From: Gammaproteobacteria bacterium
GTDB taxonomy: Bacteria; Pseudomonadota; Gammaproteobacteria; Thiohalomonadales; Thiohalomonadaceae
Length of the DNA stretch: 53,010 nt
Direction of reading: 5' to 3'
Assembly (NCBI GenBank): GCA_014859545.1
Contig: JACUTZ010000001.1
Coordinates: 1-53,010, forward strand
Shown here: positions 9,256-19,383 of the stretch, piece by piece
Layout of the letters: every line of letters begins with the position of its first letter
Position numbering within the stretch: the stretch's first letter is position 1
Translations under genes and position numbers: made by a program
Notes under the pieces: generated by a model
What the model saw: only the letters and a program-made list of their open reading frames with translations
Told to the model about the DNA's origin: nothing
Database searches by the model: none

Positions 9256-9486
9256 TTAGCCCTGATCCAGATCACGATGTTCCGGACTGCAGTAATAGTG
9301 CTCGCCCCGCGGCAAGGCCTCGTGCTTGGGGATGTGGATGCCGCAGTGTTGGCAGCGCACCATATCGGTGGACAGGCTTTCTGGTCGCCGGGCCTTGCCC
9401 GGACGGGGCTTGCTCAACATCCCCCGTATCGCACGATAGGCCAGCCACACCAACAGGGCGATGATTAAAACGCGGATCAGATTCAT
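9256..9486 (-). CDS. Small membrane-anchored Cys/His zinc-ribbon-like protein
   Basis: 76 aa with an N-terminal TM helix, then CQHCG...YYCSPEH. Sits directly upstream of pilS on the same strand. Confidence 0.55.
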   Translation of the reverse strand: MNLIRVLIIALLVWLAYRAIRGMLSKPRPGKARRPESLSTDMVRCQHCGIHIPKHEALPRGEHYYCSPEHRDLDQG

Positions 9487-9550
9487 CTTGGGGCGTCCTC
9501 AGCCTAATATGACCGCATTGTAGCTGGCTTGATACGTGCGGGACAAACGC

Positions 9551-9579
9551 AAAAAGCCGGTCCTGGGACCGGCTTTTGC
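9551..9579 (-). terminator. Rho-independent terminator downstream of rpsT
   Basis: aaaaagccggtc-ctgg-gaccggctttt hairpin with flanking A and T runs. Confidence 0.75.
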
Positions 9580-9599
9580 TGAAACACACCGCGGGCCGA

Positions 9600-9863
9600 T
9601 TAGGCCATGTTGCGAACGCGGGCGTTCAGACGACTCTTGTAACGTGCAGCGGTGTTCTTGTGCAGATAGCCCTTGTTGACGCTGCTATCGATCGCCGGTA
9701 CAGCGGCGGTATAGGCGCCCTTTGCGGCATCCTTGTCACCGGACTGAACGGCCTTGAGTACACGCTTCATGGTGGTGCGCAGGCTGGAACGGGCAGAGGC
9801 GTTGTGGACGCGACGCTTGTCGGCCTGGCGGGCGCGCTTTCTGGCTTGTGCTGAATTGGCCAA
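9600..9863 (-). CDS. rpsT: 30S ribosomal protein S20
   Basis: ANSAQARKRARQADKRRVHNASARS... matches S20. TTG start at 9863 is preceded by GGAGA. The upstream part of the ORF (to 9908) lacks an SD. Confidence 0.9.
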   Translation of the reverse strand: MANSAQARKRARQADKRRVHNASARSSLRTTMKRVLKAVQSGDKDAAKGAYTAAVPAIDSSVNKGYLHKNTAARYKSRLNARVRNMA

Positions 9864-10063
9864 GGTGTTTCTCCCAAAAATATGAAATTCGGCTGGCATT
9901 GAATGCAAGGCCGCGTATTTTGCTATCCTTGCCCGCCACTGTCAATCCCTTATTCACTGTGAATCGGCAGAGACCCGAGGCGATGCACGCGTTATCATAA
10001 GCCCTTTCGCCGATAGAGACCCCGCATGCCACTGCGCCACCCTCGTCACCGGACGCCTCGCCA

Positions 10064-11650
10064 ATGAGCGGCGGACTGCTGCGCTCTACTGCCACGGTCG
10101 GTGCTGCCACCCTGATCTCGCGCATCCTGGGCTTTGTCCGTGATGTGGTGATCGCGCGCCTGTTCGGTGCCGGGGCCGGTACCGATGCCTTCTTTGTCGC
10201 CTTCAAGATCCCCAATTTCCTGCGCCGCCTGTTCGCGGAGGGGGCCTTCTCCCAGGCCTTTGTGCCGGTGCTGTCCGAATACAAAACCCTGCGCAGCCAG
10301 GCCGAGGTGCGCCTGCTGGTGGCGGCAGTCAGCGGTACCCTGGGGGCGATCCTGATGTTGGTGACGCTGCTGGCGGTGCTCGCGGCGCGCCCGCTGGTAT
10401 CGGTGTTTGCCCCGGGCTTTGTCGGCGACGAGGAAAAATTCGCCCTCACCGCCGAGATGCTGCGCCTGACCTTTCCCTACCTGTTGCTGATCTCGCTGAC
10501 CGCGCTCTCTGGCGGGGTGCTCAATACCTATGGCCGTTTTGCCATCCCGGCACTGACCCCGGTGTGGCTAAACCTGGCGCTGATTGCTGCAGCCTTGTGG
10601 CTGTCGCCGCAATTCGAGGTGCCGGTGGTGGCGCTGGCCTGGGGGGTGTTGCTGGCCGGGGTGCTGCAACTGGCCTTTCAGATCCCCTTTCTCTATCGAC
10701 TGGGACTGCTGTGCTGGCCGCGCTGGGGTTGGCAGGACAGTGGGGTACAACGCATTCTCAAATTGATGCTGCCGGCCATCTTTGGCTCCTCGGTGGCGCA
10801 GATCAACCTGTTGTTTGACACCATCATCGCCTCCTTCCTGATCACCGGCAGTGTCTCCTGGCTGTACTACTCGGATCGGCTGGTGGAGTTCCCGCTCGGG
10901 GTGTTTGGCATCGCCCTGGCCACGGTGATCCTGCCCAGCCTCTCCCAGCGCCATGCCGAGGCCGACCCACAGGCCTTTAGCCGCACCCTGGACTGGGCGC
11001 TGCGCTGGGTGTTGCTGATCGGCCTGCCGGCCAGCCTGGGACTGATGGTGCTGGCCGCGCCGGTTCTGGCCACGCTGTTTCAGTATGGGGAGTTCGGCCA
11101 CCACGATGTGAACATGGCCGCGCTGAGCCTGATGGCCTATAGCCTGGGCCTGCTGGGCTTCATGCTGGTCAAGGTACTGGCGCCGGGCTTTTTCGCTCGC
11201 CAGGACACCCGCACCCCGGTGCGTTTCGGGATCTATTCGATGGGCATCAATATGCTGCTCAATCTACTGTTTGTGCTGCCAATGGTGTGGATGGGGATCA
11301 ACGGTCCCCATGCGGGTCTGGCGCTGGCGACCGCCCTGGCAGCCTTTAGCAATGCGCTGCTGCTGTTCCTGCGCCTGCGCCGTGACGGGGTCTATCAGGC
11401 CCAGCCTGGCTGGGGACGGTTTTCGCTACAGGTGCTGATCGCCAATCTGCTGATGCTGGCACTGCTGTTCTGGCTCAACCCACCCCTGGCGGACTGGCTG
11501 GCCTGGGGGGCCGGACAACGGGCCAGCACCCTGGCTGGCCTGGTGGGCGCAGCGATATTCATCTATATCGCGGTATTGCTCGCAGTGGGGATACGCCCGG
11601 CGATGCTGACCGGGCGCGGCATCACGAGGCGGCACCAGGGGCAGGATTAG
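10064..11650 (+). CDS. murJ: Lipid II flippase MurJ (MviN)
   Basis: LISRILGFVRDVVIARLFGAG...FFVAFKIPNFLRRLFAEGAFSQAFVPVL is the canonical MurJ N-terminus. Polytopic protein, divergent from rpsT as in many proteobacteria. Confidence 0.9.
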   Translation: MSGGLLRSTATVGAATLISRILGFVRDVVIARLFGAGAGTDAFFVAFKIPNFLRRLFAEGAFSQAFVPVLSEYKTLRSQAEVRLLVAAVSGTLGAILMLVTLLAVLAARPLVSVFAPGFVGDEEKFALTAEMLRLTFPYLLLISLTALSGGVLNTYGRFAIPALTPVWLNLALIAAALWLSPQFEVPVVALAWGVLLAGVLQLAFQIPFLYRLGLLCWPRWGWQDSGVQRILKLMLPAIFGSSVAQINLLFDTIIASFLITGSVSWLYYSDRLVEFPLGVFGIALATVILPSLSQRHAEADPQAFSRTLDWALRWVLLIGLPASLGLMVLAAPVLATLFQYGEFGHHDVNMAALSLMAYSLGLLGFMLVKVLAPGFFARQDTRTPVRFGIYSMGINMLLNLLFVLPMVWMGINGPHAGLALATALAAFSNALLLFLRLRRDGVYQAQPGWGRFSLQVLIANLLMLALLFWLNPPLADWLAWGAGQRASTLAGLVGAAIFIYIAVLLAVGIRPAMLTGRGITRRHQGQD

Positions 11651-14600
11651 TCGCCGCCTGCAACTGTTCGGCCAGGCAGCGCTTGCCACCCTCGATCAGC
11701 GACAGCAGTGCCGGGATGAAGAACAATACCAGGATGGTGGCAAAGCCCAGGCCGAAGGTGATCGAGGCGGCCATGGGGATCAGGAACTGGGCCTGTAGCG
11801 AGCTTTCGAACATCAGCGGGGTCAGTCCGCCGATGGTGGTCAGCGAGGTCAGCATCACCGCCCGCAGCCGTCCGCAGGCCGCCTCGATCAGCGCCTCGCG
11901 CACCGCCAGTCCCTTGCGACACTGCTCCTTGAAGAAGCTGACCAGGATGATCGCATTATTGACGACGATCCCGGACAGGGCAAACAGACCAAACAAAGAC
12001 ATAATGGTCAGATTGATACCCATCACCCAGTGACCGATGATCGCCCCGGTCAGGCCCAGCGGGATCGCCGCCATCACCACCACCGGCCAGCTCCAGGAGG
12101 AGAAGGACCAGACCAGTACCAGGTAGATCAGCCCCAGGCCCAGCACCAGGCCGGTGATCATGTCGGCAAAGGTCTCGCGCTGATCGGCGGCACGCCCCTC
12201 AAAACTGTACTGAATCCCGTAATGCGTCGCCAGGGCCGGCAAGGCCTCACGGCTGATCTCGGCGATGATCGCATTGGCATTGCTGCGGCTGCTGTCCACC
12301 TCGCCGGAAACCTCTACCGCCAACTGGCCATCTGCGTGGCGCAGCGCCTCAAAACCACGTCGCGACTCCCAGCTGGCAACGCTGGCCAGGGCCACGAACT
12401 GCCCATTCGGTGCGCGCACGTCAATGCGATCAAACACATCCAGGCGCTCGCGCTCATCGCGCGGCAACATCACCCGCACCTCCAGCTCGTCCTTGCCGTC
12501 CTGCACCAATTGCGCCAGGCTGCCATCAAAGGCGGCGCGCAACTGCAGGGCCAGACTTTCGGTGGTAAAGCCCAACACCTCACCGGTGGGGGTCAGCCGA
12601 TAGATCAGCTGCTCGCGGCCAAAGGGCATGTCGTCCTCCACATCGGTCACCCCGGGGATGGTCAGCAGGCTGGCTGATAGTTCGAGTGCGGCGGCCTTGA
12701 GCGTCTCGGGATCCCCCCCACTCAGGCGCACGGTCAGATCACGTCCGGGCGGACCGGCCTGGCGGGCCGTGATGGTCAAGCCCTCGATGCCACTGGCCTG
12801 GGCGATCTTGGCGCGCCAGACACGAATAAATTCCTCATTGCGGACGGTGCGCCGCTCCGATGGCAGCATTTCGACGATCATCGAGGCCAACTGGTCACCG
12901 CGTGCACCGACACCGGCACCACTCCCGGTGGCCGCGCCGAGCTGTGCCACCGCGGCATTGATCAGGCCACCACCCAGTTCGGCCTCGGTCTCGTAGAGGG
13001 CACGTTCCAGCTCGCCCAGGAAGGCCTCGGTGTGGGCCCGTGGGGTGCCCGCCACAAAATTGGCATTGGCATAGAGCAGCTGTGCCTCGGGGCTGGGGAA
13101 AAAGGTGAATTGCATCCGCCCCCCCGCCAGCAGACCGATGGACAGGATCATCACCGCCAGGGTCAGCGCCACGGTGGTGCCACGCCAGTGCAGGGCCAGG
13201 GTGACCAGTGGCCGGAAATACCCGTCACGAAAACGCTCAAAGCCCTGATCCAGGCGCTGGCGCAAGGGACTGACCTGTTGGCTCAGGGTGCCACGCAGGG
13301 CCAGTTTGAGGTGATTGGGCAGGATCAGGAAGCTCTCCAGCAGCGCTGCCATGATTACCATAATCATTACAAAGGGGATATCAAACAGGATGTTGCCCAT
13401 GATCCCGCCGATCATCATCAGCGGCAGGAAGGCGGCAACCGTGGTCAGCGAAGAGGCCACCACCGGCCAGAACATGCGTCGCGCCCCACCCAGGGCGGCC
13501 TGCTCAGGTCCCTCACCCATCTTGCGATGGGTATCCGCATCCTCACTGACCACGATGGCATCGTCGACGATGATACCCAGTGCCATGATCAGGGCAAACA
13601 GGCTCATCATGTTGATGCTGCCACCAAACAACAGCATCAGACCCAGAGTGGCCATAAAGGCGGTGGGAATGCCTACCGCCACCCAGAAGGCCACCCGTGC
13701 GGGCAGGAACAGATACAGCACCAGCAATACCAATACCAGGCCACCCAGACCATTCTTGAGCAGCAGCACAATACGGTCGCGGATCAATTCCCATTGGGTG
13801 TCATAGACCTCAACCGCCAGGCCGGGTGGCAGACCCGGCACGGTATCATCCAGCCATCCCTGCAGGATCCGCGCGGCCTTGAGTGAGTGACCACTTTCGC
13901 TGCGTTCCAGCAGCATCTCCACCACCACCCCATCCTGCTGGCGCAGAGACACATTACCGGGTCGGGCCTCGCGACGGATCTCGGCAATATCCCCCAGGCG
14001 CAACAAGCCGTGCTCATCACTCAGCAGCGGCAGGCTGGCATAGCCCTGGGCATCGCGACGCTGTTCCAGGGCGCGGATCTCGCGCGCCCCATCCTGTTCC
14101 CCTGCCACCCCGGCCGGCAGGTCACGGGCCAGGCGGCCAACCCGTTCGGCAATATCCGGCAGCCCCATCCCGGTGCTGGCCAGGGCCGCCGCAGGGACCT
14201 CGATACTGATTTGTTCGCTGGGCAAACCATTGATAGTAACCCGATCAATACCGGCGGCCAGCAGCTCTGTCTCAAACTGACGTACCCATGGACGCAATTC
14301 ATCCAGGCGGTCGCCCCGTATCAAAAGTCGGGCGATCAGGTCATAACGGGAGATGCGACTGACCTGCGGGGTCTCCGCATCACGCGGCAGATTACGAAAC
14401 TCATCCACCTGCTGGCGCGCCTCATCCAGGGCCAGCAGGGGATCGGTGCCCTCATGCAGCTCCAGGGTGATCGCGGCGATCCCCTGGGTAGAGGTAGAAC
14501 TCATGCGTTTAAGGCCATTGATACTGCGCAGCCGCTCTTCCAGTGGGGTGGTGATGGCACGTTCCACATCCTCCGAGGAGGCACCGATCCAGACCACCCG

Positions 14601-14747
14601 CACACTGATGATGTCCAGGTCAAAGCTGGGGAAAAACTGCACATTCATCCGCAGAATGCCAACGATGCCGACCACAAAGGCCAGCAGCATCAGCACATTG
14701 GCCGCCACCCGGTGACGAATAAAGCGATTCAGCAGCCCCTGTTTCAC
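11622..14747 (-). CDS. RND efflux transporter permease (AcrB/AcrD/AcrF family)
   Basis: 1041 aa with 12-TM RND architecture and typical N-terminus FIRHRVAANVLMLL... Confidence 0.88.
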   Translation of the reverse strand: MKQGLLNRFIRHRVAANVLMLLAFVVGIVGILRMNVQFFPSFDLDIISVRVVWIGASSEDVERAITTPLEERLRSINGLKRMSSTSTQGIAAITLELHEGTDPLLALDEARQQVDEFRNLPRDAETPQVSRISRYDLIARLLIRGDRLDELRPWVRQFETELLAAGIDRVTINGLPSEQISIEVPAAALASTGMGLPDIAERVGRLARDLPAGVAGEQDGAREIRALEQRRDAQGYASLPLLSDEHGLLRLGDIAEIRREARPGNVSLRQQDGVVVEMLLERSESGHSLKAARILQGWLDDTVPGLPPGLAVEVYDTQWELIRDRIVLLLKNGLGGLVLVLLVLYLFLPARVAFWVAVGIPTAFMATLGLMLLFGGSINMMSLFALIMALGIIVDDAIVVSEDADTHRKMGEGPEQAALGGARRMFWPVVASSLTTVAAFLPLMMIGGIMGNILFDIPFVMIMVIMAALLESFLILPNHLKLALRGTLSQQVSPLRQRLDQGFERFRDGYFRPLVTLALHWRGTTVALTLAVMILSIGLLAGGRMQFTFFPSPEAQLLYANANFVAGTPRAHTEAFLGELERALYETEAELGGGLINAAVAQLGAATGSGAGVGARGDQLASMIVEMLPSERRTVRNEEFIRVWRAKIAQASGIEGLTITARQAGPPGRDLTVRLSGGDPETLKAAALELSASLLTIPGVTDVEDDMPFGREQLIYRLTPTGEVLGFTTESLALQLRAAFDGSLAQLVQDGKDELEVRVMLPRDERERLDVFDRIDVRAPNGQFVALASVASWESRRGFEALRHADGQLAVEVSGEVDSSRSNANAIIAEISREALPALATHYGIQYSFEGRAADQRETFADMITGLVLGLGLIYLVLVWSFSSWSWPVVVMAAIPLGLTGAIIGHWVMGINLTIMSLFGLFALSGIVVNNAIILVSFFKEQCRKGLAVREALIEAACGRLRAVMLTSLTTIGGLTPLMFESSLQAQFLIPMAASITFGLGFATILVLFFIPALLSLIEGGKRCLAEQLQAATNPAPGAAS

Positions 14748-15928
14748 TCGCCAGCTACCTCAGCGAGGTCCACCAACAAGCCATCAATCGCATTGGGCAG
14801 GTGGGTACGCATCACCAAGGCACCCGCCGGCAGGACCTGGGCAGCGATCAACATCTCCACCTGGCCATTCACCCGTCGCTCACCCAGCAATTGCACCGGA
14901 ACGCCGCGTAAACGCCCATCCTCGATCAGGTATACCCGCTCGCCACCGTGCAGGGCAGAAAATGGCAGCGACACGGCCTCGAGTTTCGGCCCCTGCAGTC
15001 GGGCGGCAAGCAGACTGCCAACCGGAACGTCCGGTCGACCACCCAGGCGCAACCAGGCATCAATGCCGCGCACATCCGCCTCGGCCCCCAGGCGTTCCAG
15101 GCTTGCTGTGTAGCTACGACCGGCGTATGGCATGCTGGCCGCGAGAGGCTCATCCCGCTGCAATGCCTCGGCCAGCACTGAGACATAACGCTCGGGCAGG
15201 CGGGCACGCAGATACAGTCCATCCAGGGGGTAAAGGGTCAGTAACGGCTGCCCGACACCAAGATGGTCGCCCGGTGCGACCTCCACCCGGCCGACACGGC
15301 CCGCAAAGGGGGCCACCAGGTTGCCCCGCTGCTGATCCCGCTCGGCCTCGTCACGCCGAGCCTGTAGTTGTGCCAGCCGTGCGGGATGCTCAGCAATCGC
15401 CTGCTCCCGTTGCAGCAGACTGAGGCTGGCTCGGGCAAAATCCTCGCGGGCCTGATCCAGCTCTCGATCGCTACCCAGCTGACTGGCACTGAGCCGTTCG
15501 GCACGACGCACCTTGGCCTCGGCCAGCTGCGCCAATTCCCGATCCCGTTCCAAGGCCTGTTGATCCTGTTGATAGCGCAGTCGTTCCCGTTCCAGATCGG
15601 CTTGCGCCAAGGCCAGACGTGGTGCCAGATCGCGGGGGTCCATATTCAGCAAAACCTGCCCGGCCTCAACCGCCTCACCATCACGCACCCAAACCGACTG
15701 GACACGGCCACTGACCGGTGCCGCTGCATGCCAGCGATCCGGGGTCTCGACACGGCCATAAAGGGTATATTCCGGCCGATGCTGTGCTGGCTGGATTCGC
15801 ACCGCATCGACACGCCAACTACGTTCGCTGACCTCAACCGGTGGGGCTGCCGGACGGGTGGCCTTGAGCAACAAAAAACCGCCTACGGCAAGAAAAATGA
15901 TCAGGACCGGCAGCAGCACCTTGCGCAT
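14744..15928 (-). CDS. RND efflux periplasmic adaptor (membrane fusion protein)
   Basis: Signal or anchor sequence, coiled-coil hairpin region rich in A/Q/R/E/L, barrel domains. 4-nt overlap with the RND permease gene. Confidence 0.82.
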   Translation of the reverse strand: MRKVLLPVLIIFLAVGGFLLLKATRPAAPPVEVSERSWRVDAVRIQPAQHRPEYTLYGRVETPDRWHAAAPVSGRVQSVWVRDGEAVEAGQVLLNMDPRDLAPRLALAQADLERERLRYQQDQQALERDRELAQLAEAKVRRAERLSASQLGSDRELDQAREDFARASLSLLQREQAIAEHPARLAQLQARRDEAERDQQRGNLVAPFAGRVGRVEVAPGDHLGVGQPLLTLYPLDGLYLRARLPERYVSVLAEALQRDEPLAASMPYAGRSYTASLERLGAEADVRGIDAWLRLGGRPDVPVGSLLAARLQGPKLEAVSLPFSALHGGERVYLIEDGRLRGVPVQLLGERRVNGQVEMLIAAQVLPAGALVMRTHLPNAIDGLLVDLAEVAGE

Positions 15929-16100
15929 CGAGATTTCCTTAGTGGATTAAGCGTATAAGCAGAAGCCAACAGACTAGCAGGGTGCGAGAAAGTTCGATAG
16001 TGGATGCAAATCGTCAGCTTGGTGCAGCTGCAATTCACACACCAAAAGAAGGCGTGGTTAAATTGTGTTCGGGGTGGCCAGATGACCACCCCGCGGCGGT

Positions 16101-16622
16101 TTATTCAACCTTGATATAGGCAAAACCTTCCTGATTTTGCAACTCGGCGATGCGCACCACACCGGATGGCACCACGGTCACGCTCCCATAAAGCTTGTTT
16201 TCTTCGAGACCAACCGCCGACCGGGTAATATCACACAATTCCAGCTTGACGTTATGTATCGATGCCAGGGTGCTCAGACGACCACGCAGGTTTTCACGCA
16301 GTTCGGCCAGCGCCTCGTCCTCGGCAAAGGGCGTATTGGTCAGCTTGTCATCGGTGACAAAGCGTATCCCATGCGACAGGAATACAATCCGCACATCGTA
16401 ATCAATAAACTCATTGTTGTAGTACATTACCATGTTATTGATATTGGTAAGCATCGCGCTGACACGATGCGGATCGGCAAAGTCAGCATGGTAAACCACC
16501 TTGGCCATGCCCGTTTCCGCGCGCAGCTGCTGCGGCCCAAACATCGCCAGAAAAAGCCCGGCAGCCAACAGGGCCAACATGGTCAATCGTGTAAAATTCT
16601 GTGTACGAGTCATGGCTTGCAT
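16101..16622 (-). CDS. DsrE/DsrF-like family protein with signal peptide
   Basis: KVVYHADFADP...VRIVFLSHGIRF...LELCDITRS pattern resembles the DsrE-like COG1416 family. ATG at 16622 is preceded by GGAGG. Confidence 0.55.
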   Translation of the reverse strand: MQAMTRTQNFTRLTMLALLAAGLFLAMFGPQQLRAETGMAKVVYHADFADPHRVSAMLTNINNMVMYYNNEFIDYDVRIVFLSHGIRFVTDDKLTNTPFAEDEALAELRENLRGRLSTLASIHNVKLELCDITRSAVGLEENKLYGSVTVVPSGVVRIAELQNQEGFAYIKVE

Positions 16623-16846
16623 GGCGATTCCTCCATCATTATTTTTTGGGGTAAATTCGCGAACAACTCTACCCCAGAGTACGGCAATCAGCAAAGATGC
16701 TGCCCTGTCGTTGTAGACAACGGGACCCCTGCACTTGTTCCGACTAAATCGCAACGCACTGAAATATATTCGGTTTATCCGCAGCCCCTACCGACGCAGT
16801 AGCGCAGGTAACCATAAAATATCTATCTCGCAAAATCGCCAAAACA

Positions 16847-17008
16847 TCTCATCCATCGACCCACAAGCCAAAAAAAACCCCCGCCTTTGTGGGCGGGGGT
16901 TTTTATTGGCTGGGGGACTAGGATTATTCGGCCTGAGGGCCTCACCCCTGCGGGGCCGGCTTCACTGCGTTACGCCGTTCCCTCGCCTATGGCTCGGGTC
17001 GAACCTAG
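16847..17008 (-). pseudogene. Degenerate tRNA-Gln 3' fragment plus duplicated terminator, interrupted by a 74-nt insert
   Basis: 16847-16925 is an almost exact direct repeat of 17088-17166 (terminator plus tRNA 3' end tggctgggggactaggatt). The tRNA sequence resumes as cgaacctag at 17000-17008 after an unrelated 74 nt. The 5' half of the tRNA is absent. Confidence 0.65.
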
Positions 17009-17110
17009 AAAGACTTCCATCGATACAATCAAAATTCTCAACGTCCCCTGTCCAATCCAAGTTAACACTCGCGTACAGAGACTAGTTTCTCATCCATCGA
17101 CCCACAAGCC

Positions 17111-17147
17111 AAAAAAAACCCCCGCCTTTGTGGGCGGGGGTTTTTAT
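17111..17147 (-). terminator. Rho-independent (bidirectional-looking) terminator after tRNA-Gln
   Basis: aaaaaaaacccccgcc-tttgt-gggcgggggtttttatt. A second identical copy lies at 16870-16906. Confidence 0.8.
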
Positions 17148-17221
17148 TGGCTGGGGGACTAGGATTCGAACCTAGGTTGACGGAGTCAGAGTCCGTAGTC
17201 CTGCCGCTAGACGATCCCCCA
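17148..17221 (-). tRNA. tRNA-Gln (anticodon CTG)
   Basis: Manual cloverleaf: 7-bp acceptor TGGGGGA/TCCCCCA, anticodon stem ACGGA/TCCGT with loop CTCTGAC, T arm CTAGG-TTCGAAT-CCTAG, encoded CCA. Total 74 nt. Confidence 0.92.
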
Positions 17222-17278
17222 ATATCTGACAGACAAACAGGCCTCGCAGTAACGACGCCTGTCTGGGGACCGCAAGGA

Positions 17279-17671
17279 TTAACGCTTGGAGTACTGAGGA
17301 CGCTTGCGCGCCTTGTGCAGACCAATCTTCTTGCGCTCAACCTCACGGGCATCACGGGTCAGGAAACCACCCTGGCGCATGGTGCTACGCAGGGTCTCGT
17401 CCTGGCCAACCAGGGCACGTGCGATGGCATGACGAATCGCACCGGCCTGTCCGGTGTTCCCACCACCCTTGACGGTGATATTCACATCGAACTTGCCCAG
17501 CAGGTCGGCAGCTTCCAGCGGTTGGCGAACTACCATACGGGCAGTTTCGCGACCGAAGTAATCTTCGATGCTGCGGTTGTTGATGGTGATCTGGCCCTTG
17601 CCAGCCACCAGCCAGGCACGGGCGCTTGAGCTCTTGCGGCGGCCGGTGCTAATGGTGTGTTTCTCTGCCAT
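17279..17671 (-). CDS. rpsI: 30S ribosomal protein S9
   Basis: 130 aa. GRRKSSSAR...[14 protein letters not shown]-like motif and C-terminal ...RKRPQYSKR. Confidence 0.95.
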   Translation of the reverse strand: MAEKHTISTGRRKSSSARAWLVAGKGQITINNRSIEDYFGRETARMVVRQPLEAADLLGKFDVNITVKGGGNTGQAGAIRHAIARALVGQDETLRSTMRQGGFLTRDAREVERKKIGLHKARKRPQYSKR

Positions 17672-17692
17672 GGTCTTTACGTACCTTAAGGT

Positions 17693-18130
17693 TTAGATTT
17701 CCAGCGGCTTGGGCTGCTGTGCGGTATGGGTATGTTCCGGCCCGGCATACACCTTCAGCTTGCGGAACATGGCGCGGCCCAGCGGATTCTTCGGCAGCAT
17801 GCCCTTGACGGCGCGCTCCAGTACCTGCGGGGCATCCTTGGCGATCAGCTTGTCGAAGCTGATCGACTTCATGCCACCCGGGTAACCGCTGTGGTTGTAA
17901 TACATCTTGTCGCTGGCCTTGCGGCCGGAAACATGGATCTTCTCGGCGTTAACGACAACAATGTAGTCACCGGTATCCACGTGCGGGGTGTATTCCGGCT
18001 TGTGCTTGCCGCGCAGACGGCTGGCAATCTCGGTCGCCAGGCGTCCCAGGGTCTTATCGGTGGCATCGACCACGAACCAGTCACGCTTGACGGTTTCGGG
18101 CTTTGCGCTGAATGTCTTGGTCCCAATCAT
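17693..18130 (-). CDS. rplM: 50S ribosomal protein L13
   Basis: [58 protein letters not shown] at 18130 chosen, since the upstream ORF extension is non-homologous. Confidence 0.9.
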   Translation of the reverse strand: MIGTKTFSAKPETVKRDWFVVDATDKTLGRLATEIASRLRGKHKPEYTPHVDTGDYIVVVNAEKIHVSGRKASDKMYYNHSGYPGGMKSISFDKLIAKDAPQVLERAVKGMLPKNPLGRAMFRKLKVYAGPEHTHTAQQPKPLEI

Positions 18131-18549
18131 TTTAACAAACACTCCAGGTCGAGCGGGGTCTCTCGTAAAAAGAGGCGGAATAATACTGAAAGGCCGGGCA
18201 AGATTCAAGGCCCGGCCGAAAAAATTCATTCATGGGCCACATCCGGCCCTGGCTCTCTCTTTCATCCAGACGGCAAACAGCAGTGACCAATCCGGGGCAT
18301 CATACTACAAAGGGGTCAAAATAGCCGCAGGGGGAAGAAATAAAAAAGGCGCGGCGAAAGGGGGAGGTGCCGCGCCTGCAAATATCCACCAAAAGGAGGA
18401 TGGAGGAGTCTGCTAACGCAATATCGCATCAGCAGGTTCTAATATACAACAATTCTAATCCATGTCAAGCCCGGGGAGCTTTTTTTCCATCTTGAATTCA
18501 CCGGGTCGGATCCGCATAGTAGCGCCGACTTTTCTAGCGGAGACTTATC

Positions 18550-19383
18550 GTGCACATCGCAAGCCTGCGCAGCCGCCTGGGGCTGTGGATCGAATCGACC
18601 CGTATCCAGTACAGCATCATTGCCCTGATCATCGTCAATGCCATTACCCTCGGCCTGGAGACCTCACCGCGGGTGATGGAGGCCGTTGGACCGACCCTGC
18701 TAGCACTGGATAGGGCCATCCTGTCGGTATTCGTGCTGGAGATCCTGCTCAAGCTATTCGCCTTTGGCCCACGCTTTTTCCGCCAGCCCTGGAATGTATT
18801 CGATTTTATCGTAGTGGGGATTGCGCTGGTCCCGGCCAGCGGCCCGTTGGCGGTGCTGCGTGCCCTGCGCGTACTGCGTGTGCTGCGCCTGATCTCACTG
18901 ATGCCGAGGCTGCGCTTTGTGGTTGAGGCCTTGTTGCATGCGGTACCGGGGATCATGTCCATCGCCGGGCTGATGCTGTTGATCTTCTATGTGGCGGCGG
19001 TGATGGCCACCGGCTTGTTTGGGCAGCGCTTTCCAGACTGGTTCGGCAGTATCGGCGCCTCGATGTATACCCTGTTCCAGGTGATGACGCTGGAAAGCTG
19101 GTCGATGGGGATTGCCCGTCCGGTGATTGAGGTCTATCCCTTTGCCTGGCTGTTCTTCATACCATTTATATTGATCGCCACCTTCACCATGCTGAACCTG
19201 TTTATCGCCATTATCGTCAATACCATGCAAACCCTGCATGAGTCCTCCCATCAGCAGGAGCAGGAAGAACTCAAGCAGGCGGTACACGACGAGGGGGGAC
19301 ATCTGGAAACGGAGATCAAGGCACTGCGTGAGGAGATCCGTGGCCTACGCGGCGCGCTGGAGCAGAAGCACCCACCAGATTAA
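18550..19383 (+). CDS. Bacterial voltage-gated sodium channel (NaChBac/BacNav family)
   Basis: Six-TM layout, S4 with Arg every third residue (VLRALRVLRVLRLISLMPRLR), selectivity filter FQVMTLESWSMG, C-terminal coiled coil. GTG start. Confidence 0.85.
   Translation: MHIASLRSRLGLWIESTRIQYSIIALIIVNAITLGLETSPRVMEAVGPTLLALDRAILSVFVLEILLKLFAFGPRFFRQPWNVFDFIVVGIALVPASGPLAVLRALRVLRVLRLISLMPRLRFVVEALLHAVPGIMSIAGLMLLIFYVAAVMATGLFGQRFPDWFGSIGASMYTLFQVMTLESWSMGIARPVIEVYPFAWLFFIPFILIATFTMLNLFIAIIVNTMQTLHESSHQQEQEELKQAVHDEGGHLETEIKALREEIRGLRGALEQKHPPD

Noticed and set aside
11440-11475. TGGCAC-containing strings (also at about 472, 4640, 4670 and 39790) as sigma-54 promoters for the PilR-like activator
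   Set aside because: All lie inside coding sequences and lack a properly spaced TTGC element.
16847-17221. Active genomic island or prophage integrated at tRNA-Gln
   Set aside because: Only 162 nt separate the repeats. No integrase or other island genes are adjacent. The duplicated block extends into the terminator, which is unlike a typical att site.
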